Made by a program: the position numbers and the translations under genes. A DNA stretch of 64,000 bases from Bacillota bacterium. Lineage in GTDB: Bacteria > Bacillota > Desulfitobacteriia > Desulfitobacteriales > JAJXUE01. Of this stretch, positions 58,400 through 64,000 are shown piece after piece; the stretch's first letter is position 1, and each line of letters starts with the position of its first letter. The DNA is taken from NCBI GenBank assembly GCA_021783135.1, contig JAJXUE010000003.1, positions 51,085-115,084 on the forward strand, given 5' to 3'. The notes beneath the pieces are model-generated. The model was not told the DNA's origin. It saw only the letters and a program-made list of their open reading frames with translations, and searched no databases.

Positions 58400-59626
58400 T
58401 TATGCAGTTGACTTGTTGAGGCGCCTGTCACGCAGTCTATGTGCAGTCCAAGTTATTAAGCCCACCCCGGCGAAAGCTAGACCCAAACTACCAACCCCAT
58501 TCCACTTTTCGAAACTCCATGCATAGGCCCCTAAAGCTGATCCTAAAGCCCCACCGATAAAGTATGACACCATATAAACAGTATTAAGACGATTGCTCGC
58601 TTCAGGTTGCAGGCTGTAGATTGTGGCCTGGTTCGAAATATGTGCGCCCTGTACCCCGGCATCCAGCAAAATCACGCCAATAACTAACCCCCACAAATTG
58701 TGCCCTAAGTATAGAAAGGCCAGGTATGCCACCAGGGTAATAACGGTACCAATTCCTGCTACCAAGCGTGGACCATGCTTGTCAGCTATCCGTCCGGCTA
58801 ACGGTGCTACCGAGGCACCAACTACGCCTACAAGACCAAACAGGCCCACAATATGACTACCGTAGTGATAAGGCGGATATTCCAAAAAGAACGCTAGGGT
58901 AGTCCAAAATATACTGAAGGTACCAAACAATGCAGCCCCCATCAGGGATGATTCCCATAACAGCGGATGGTTCTTAGTTAAACTCCACATAGACTGCATT
59001 ATTTTACGGTAAGAAAGCGCGGTCGCTGGTTTACTTTCAGGCAACAACAAGCGTAACACCAAAGCCAAAACCAACATTAAAACCGCTGCCAGCCAATACA
59101 TGGTACGCCACCCAAACCAGTTACCGACATATCCGCTAACTGTTCGAGCTAAAAGAATACCCACCAGAAGGCCGCTCATCACGGTTCCTACGACTTTGCC
59201 GCGTTCTTGTGCATCCGCCATATCAGCCGCTAGGGGAACAATTAATTGGGGAATAACTGTAGTTAACCCTAAAATAAAACTGGCGATGGCGAGCCAAATC
59301 AGGTTTTTAGCATTGGCCACACCCACTAACGCGATGCTGACAGCTATACACATTAGCAAGATCAGCCGCCGTCTCTCGCGCATATCGCCTAAGGGAACAA
59401 AAAATAGTAAGCCCATGGCGAAGCCTACTTGCGTAAGCATCGATATAAGTCCCATCTGCCCTGAACTTGCATGAAAGGTTTTCCCGATTTCGACCAATAA
59501 AGGCTGACTATAATAAAGGTTAGCCACTGACACTCCGCACCCGACTGCCATAATCAACAACAGCGCCGGAGCTACCTTTGCTTTGCGGGGAGTTTGAGCT
59601 AAGCTATACTGCACCGATTCCGGCAT
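58400..59626 (-). CDS. MFS transporter
   Basis: ANLYYSQPLL, PLGD..ERR, GLL.GILLART. Confidence 0.9.
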   Translation of the reverse strand: MPESVQYSLAQTPRKAKVAPALLLIMAVGCGVSVANLYYSQPLLVEIGKTFHASSGQMGLISMLTQVGFAMGLLFFVPLGDMRERRRLILLMCIAVSIALVGVANAKNLIWLAIASFILGLTTVIPQLIVPLAADMADAQERGKVVGTVMSGLLVGILLARTVSGYVGNWFGWRTMYWLAAVLMLVLALVLRLLLPESKPATALSYRKIMQSMWSLTKNHPLLWESSLMGAALFGTFSIFWTTLAFFLEYPPYHYGSHIVGLFGLVGVVGASVAPLAGRIADKHGPRLVAGIGTVITLVAYLAFLYLGHNLWGLVIGVILLDAGVQGAHISNQATIYSLQPEASNRLNTVYMVSYFIGGALGSALGAYAWSFEKWNGVGSLGLAFAGVGLITWTAHRLRDRRLNKSTA

Positions 59627-59677
59627 AAATATCCTCCTCGCACTTATCTCTAAACTTTCAAACCGTCAACCGTATTA

Positions 59678-60316
59678 TTATACACTGCATATATAGAGCG
59701 CAGTCTGAGGAGCTACATCAATCACTTCGACAGCCTTAAATACCTGGTGCATTTCCTGGGCGGCATGCTCGATGAAATTGAAATAATCACCTCGCTCCGC
59801 CCACTCGACTATATCAGTCACTAATCTTCTCTTGTGATTATAGTCATAAAAAACAACCTGTCCGCGTGTTAGTCGACGTGCCTCCTGATAAATTTGGCTA
59901 CGTAGATCGTATTTGAAACCATGCATAACATATGACGCAATCACGAGATCAAAACTGTGGCTAGCAAAGGGAAGCCCTTTGGTTGCATCAGCGACATAAT
60001 ACTCAATCGGCAAGCTTTGCGTAGATATTTTGGCCTGGTCAATCATGGCAGCGGCAGCATCTACACCTGTAACGTGGTAGCCTAACCGAGCGAACGAATA
60101 TAGTAATGCTCCCGTGCCACACCCAATGTCGAGTACGTTTGCGGCAACGGGTAGTTTGAATAAGCTATGGTATTGGCCGAGCATAGCAGTGTACTTTTTT
60201 ACTTGGTACTGGAAAAACCAGTTATACACGCGCGCAATGCGATTAAATAAACTTACATGCTTGTCCAACTCTCTCATTGCTTGCCCAACTCTCTCATCTC
60301 TTACTCCTGAATCCAC
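59678..60316 (-). CDS. Class I SAM-dependent methyltransferase
   Basis: VLDIGCGTG, LPF...SFDLV; start uncertain. Confidence 0.85.
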   Translation of the reverse strand: MDSGVRDERVGQAMRELDKHVSLFNRIARVYNWFFQYQVKKYTAMLGQYHSLFKLPVAANVLDIGCGTGALLYSFARLGYHVTGVDAAAAMIDQAKISTQSLPIEYYVADATKGLPFASHSFDLVIASYVMHGFKYDLRSQIYQEARRLTRGQVVFYDYNHKRRLVTDIVEWAERGDYFNFIEHAAQEMHQVFKAVEVIDVAPQTALYICSV

Positions 60317-60415
60317 AATAATACTGCCGACCTTAGAACTTTAAACTTTAATAAATTTTTTACCCTATTGCTCACTGAATTCACGTTCGACGGAGTCTTT
60401 ATTTAAACCAACAAT

Positions 60416-61192
60416 TTAGCCAATACGCAGGCAGCGCATCGACATTGAGCCGTATTGAAACCCTTCGTACACAAACTTAATCTGGTCAGTGGGTTGTTGC
60501 AAGCCAGCCACATATAATAACGGCAAAAAATGTTCATTAGTTGGCACGGCTAATTGGGCCGCTGGACCCGCATTATGATATGTAATTAGCTTTGCGTGCT
60601 CACGCCGGATTAGGGCTTGCGCGACATAGCGATCAAAATCCTCCGCCCAAGCAAAGGCTGGTGCGTTCAAGTCATAATCCATCAAACCGAGATTATGCAC
60701 AATATTGCCGCTACCTATTATCAATACCCCATTTTCACGCAAAAAAGTCAACTTTTGCCCCATGGCATAGTGATATTGTGCATCTCCCAGTCGGTTAAGG
60801 CTCATCTCGAAGACCGGTATATCCGCCAAAGGATACATGTGTTTTAATATAGCCCAAGCTGCATGATCTAATCCCCACTTGCTGTCACACTTTACCTCAG
60901 AGTTGTTGAAGCCATTAGTTACCATTGCGGCGTAAGGTTGCGCACCTATGGGTCGGTACATAATCGCATTAAGCTCAGGCGGGAAGCCGTAAAAATCATA
61001 AATCTGCTCAGGTTCATTGCTGCACGTCACGCGCGTACCGGTAGTCTGCCAATGTGCAGAAATCACCATAATAGCCTTTGGACGAGGTAACTGTGCACCC
61101 AGTTGTTGGATGGTTTGAGTAAACGAATTATCGAGTAGCACATTCATGGGACTACCGTGGCCGAGAAACAGTGCCGGCAATTTTTCTTGCAT
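60416..61192 (-). CDS. ygiD: DOPA 4,5-extradiol dioxygenase family (LigB-like)
   Basis: LFLGHGSPM, ISAHW, YDFYGFP, GLDH, GSGNIVHNL, EHFLPL. Confidence 0.88.
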   Translation of the reverse strand: MQEKLPALFLGHGSPMNVLLDNSFTQTIQQLGAQLPRPKAIMVISAHWQTTGTRVTCSNEPEQIYDFYGFPPELNAIMYRPIGAQPYAAMVTNGFNNSEVKCDSKWGLDHAAWAILKHMYPLADIPVFEMSLNRLGDAQYHYAMGQKLTFLRENGVLIIGSGNIVHNLGLMDYDLNAPAFAWAEDFDRYVAQALIRREHAKLITYHNAGPAAQLAVPTNEHFLPLLYVAGLQQPTDQIKFVYEGFQYGSMSMRCLRIG

Positions 61193-61257
61193 CTTTCGAC
61201 CCCCTTGTAGTATTACGTCGCCCTTGTAGCATTGTCTCCCTAATGTTTTTCTAGGTC

Positions 61258-62043
61258 TTACTCTACCCGATTACGCTCCAATACATTTTGCCAAACTTCT
61301 TGCTCCAAAAAGCTACCTACTACATTTGATTCGAGCTCCGTAAACATTTTGTAGGGAACACTAAAAGATAAAATGTCCTTGTCAACTTGTTTGCGTGCAG
61401 AAATATCAACTAGTCCTACCACAGCGCGGGGAAGCGCAGCATCATCTTCATGGTAAGGAATCAAACATACCGTATGACAACCGGCACCAAAAGGTATAAT
61501 TGCGCTCTCATTACCTTCCCGACCATAGTTGGCCATTACCACTAGCGCGGAAAGTTGATCTGGATTGACGAGAAAAATGATTACTTTGGGTATTTCTTGC
61601 TCTGCAACCTTGTCAAGTGGTTTGAACACGATAAATTCCGCAGGCACATCTCGCATGGGTAGAGAATCGAAGAATTGTTTTGCCAGCAGCGGGGATTTCA
61701 CGTATCTTTCACCATGTTCGATAGCCGGCATATTGCGAACCACATTCTTGCCAAAGTCAGATTGAGCAAATTCTTGATTGCCTGTAGATACAAAATTTTC
61801 AATTCCACCCGGGAAATTAGCATATTGGTTGCCAAATCCCAGTCCTGTACCGCCGCCCAAGCAACCAAAGGTTTTACGATCGAATACCGTAGTTTTACCC
61901 TTGGCAGCCGCGTTAAGCATAGAAACAACACAACCCCACTTACCTTCTTTAAACTGTAAGGCTTGTTCCGGCTTATCATCGGTAAAAATAACAGCCACCG
62001 GCGCGTATTTCATTCCAATAGCCTGCGCGATTTTACTTTCCAT
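61258..62043 (-). CDS. DUF169 family protein
   Basis: PVAV, GC, GCLGG..GLG, NPDQLS.L, GAGC, D.SAR. Confidence 0.8.
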   Translation of the reverse strand: MESKIAQAIGMKYAPVAVIFTDDKPEQALQFKEGKWGCVVSMLNAAAKGKTTVFDRKTFGCLGGGTGLGFGNQYANFPGGIENFVSTGNQEFAQSDFGKNVVRNMPAIEHGERYVKSPLLAKQFFDSLPMRDVPAEFIVFKPLDKVAEQEIPKVIIFLVNPDQLSALVVMANYGREGNESAIIPFGAGCHTVCLIPYHEDDAALPRAVVGLVDISARKQVDKDILSFSVPYKMFTELESNVVGSFLEQEVWQNVLERNRVE

Positions 62044-62089
62044 AGCTAACACCCCTTTGTTCTAAGTTGTTTCCGAGTTTTACTTTGCC

Positions 62090-63892
62090 TTAAATATTGT
62101 CCTGTAATTTGAACTGGGTATCATACAAAGTGCGGTAAATACCGTTTAAATTCAGCAGTTCCTGATGCCTACCCATTTCCCGTATCTGTCCTTTAGCTAC
62201 GACGATAATCCTGTCGGCCGCAAGCACTGTAGACAGTCTGTGGGCAATCACAAAACTGGTTCTTCCCTGCAATAAAGGTTGCATGGCCTTTTGAATCAAC
62301 TCTTCCGATACCGAATCTAGCGCTGAGGTCGCTTCATCTAAAATGATGATGTTGGGATCTTTCAGGATTACCCTGGCAATAGATATGCGCTGTTTTTCAC
62401 CTCCGGATAATTTAATGCCGCGATTGCCCACTATTGTTTGATATTTATTGGGTAAAGTCATAATAAACTCATGGATATGAGCCGCCTGGCACGCCTCAAT
62501 CATTTCCGGCTCCGTAACATCCGGTTTGCCATACCTTAAATTATCGGCAATGGTCGCATTAAACAAATAGGGTTCTTGCATTACAATACCTATTTTCCGT
62601 CTTAATGATTCTAATGTAAAGTCCTTAATATCCACACCGTCAATTTTTACCTTACCATCCGAGACTTCATACAGGCGTGGAATTAAATTAGTAATCGTCG
62701 TTTTACCGGCACCACTAGACCCAACAAGCGCGACCATCATTCCCGGTTCAACCGCAAAATCAATGTCGTTTAAGACTTGTATTTGGTTGTCATAGGAAAA
62801 ATATACATGTTCAAACTCGACTTTGCCACGCAAAGAATTAATCTGCTTGGCATTGGGCATATCAACAATTTCTTGCGGCTGGTCAAAGTAATCAAATATG
62901 CGATCGAACAGAGCAAAAGAGCGCGTTACATCAATATGAATGTTTGAAAGCTGGGTTGCGGGTGCATATAAACGCCCTAACAGAGCTACAAAGGCCACTA
63001 TATCTCCCACGGATATCTCCCCGTGGATAAAAAGGTACCCTCCGAATAAATAAATTATCATTGGACCAATCGCCGTTAAGGTGCTGATAGTCATTATAAA
63101 CCAGCGCCCAGCTAATGATTCACGTATCTGGAGCTTGGTAACAGCTTGATTACTATCCTTAAACTTTTCATACTCATTACGTTCCTGTGTGAATATCTGC
63201 ATCAGGATTGAACCGCTAATACTGAGAGTTTCTTGAATGATCTGATTGAGTTCGCTGATCTTTGCCTGGCTTTTGGATGCAATATTCCATCTTACCTTAC
63301 CGACTTTACGCGTAGGCAAGACAAAAAGTGGCAGAATGACCATACTTACGATTGCTAATTGCCAATTTAATGTAATCAGGACAATAATCGTTGACAGCAA
63401 AATAAAACTACTACTGAGCGCATTGACGAAGGTGCTGTTAAATATATCTGAAATGCCATCAATGTCGCTGGTAAGACGTGTAATAATCTCCCCAGGCTTA
63501 GCTGAAGTAAAGAATTTTAAGGACATATGTTGTAGATGACTATACATATGATTTTTCATGTCAAAGATGATTGTTTTGGCTATCCAATTATTAAGATAGG
63601 TTTGCCCCACTTGAAGTAACCCGCCTATTATAGTGCTGCTGACGGATATTAGAATGAGCACACCTAAAAGACCTAAATTTTTCTGAGGCAAGGCCTGGTT
63701 TAAAATATATTTGATTACAATCGGAGGCACGAGCCCCAATAAAGATGAAACGAAAATTAAAAGAATCGCGATTAGCATATATTTCCAATGTGGGGAGAAA
63801 TATTTAATAATGCGTAAAAACATGCTTTTCGTAATTTTGGGCGCAACCATCTCTTCATCAATAAAGCGCATTCTACCCACTCCGGCCGGCAT
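62090..63892 (-). CDS. ABC transporter, fused permease/ATPase (MsbA-like exporter)
   Basis: TM domain, GSSGAGKT, LSGGEKQR, ILDEATSALD, IAHRLST. Confidence 0.95.
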   Translation of the reverse strand: MPAGVGRMRFIDEEMVAPKITKSMFLRIIKYFSPHWKYMLIAILLIFVSSLLGLVPPIVIKYILNQALPQKNLGLLGVLILISVSSTIIGGLLQVGQTYLNNWIAKTIIFDMKNHMYSHLQHMSLKFFTSAKPGEIITRLTSDIDGISDIFNSTFVNALSSSFILLSTIIVLITLNWQLAIVSMVILPLFVLPTRKVGKVRWNIASKSQAKISELNQIIQETLSISGSILMQIFTQERNEYEKFKDSNQAVTKLQIRESLAGRWFIMTISTLTAIGPMIIYLFGGYLFIHGEISVGDIVAFVALLGRLYAPATQLSNIHIDVTRSFALFDRIFDYFDQPQEIVDMPNAKQINSLRGKVEFEHVYFSYDNQIQVLNDIDFAVEPGMMVALVGSSGAGKTTITNLIPRLYEVSDGKVKIDGVDIKDFTLESLRRKIGIVMQEPYLFNATIADNLRYGKPDVTEPEMIEACQAAHIHEFIMTLPNKYQTIVGNRGIKLSGGEKQRISIARVILKDPNIIILDEATSALDSVSEELIQKAMQPLLQGRTSFVIAHRLSTVLAADRIIVVAKGQIREMGRHQELLNLNGIYRTLYDTQFKLQDNI

Positions 63893-64000
63893 AACATCAC
63901 TCCACTGTCATCAATAAAATAGTAAAGAAATTAGTAAATCTAGCTATGTAATCCTTGAGCTACTTTAGTAATATGCCTGATTCAGGACCGGAACATAAGT

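Overview
64 kb of a spore-forming, low/medium-GC Firmicute chromosome (Desulfitobacteriaceae/Peptococcaceae-like by gene content; inference). It spans the replication terminus: a Firmicute dif site at 33760-33787 sits where gene orientation flips from mostly + to mostly -. From left to right: (i) a sulfur/selenium-oxyanion respiratory operon (two YeeE/TsuA half-transporters, one a UGA-recoded selenoprotein with a SECIS-like hairpin; PsrABC-type Mo enzyme; Rieske/cytochrome b6/subunit IV; multiheme cytochrome c); (ii) an operon behind a CsoR/CstR-type operator that encodes a thioredoxin-thioredoxin reductase fusion, an ArsM-like methyltransferase, an unannotated 39-aa Cys-rich peptide, an RRE-radical SAM/SPASM maturase, a ferredoxin and a small orphan. 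This candidate RiPP system is the most interesting feature; (iii) core genes spoVK-hflX-ynbB-like-lepB, ddl and lexA/yneA with SOS boxes; (iv) a higher-GC LytTR/GHKL + cell-wall-binding protein island; (v) decayed genes near the terminus; (vi) a corrinoid-dependent methyltransferase (O-demethylase-like) cluster with tandem HutC-type operators; (vii) MFS/ABC transporters, nitroreductases and other accessory genes. No rRNA, tRNA, CRISPR array or transposase was recognised. All family calls come from motif recognition, not database searches.
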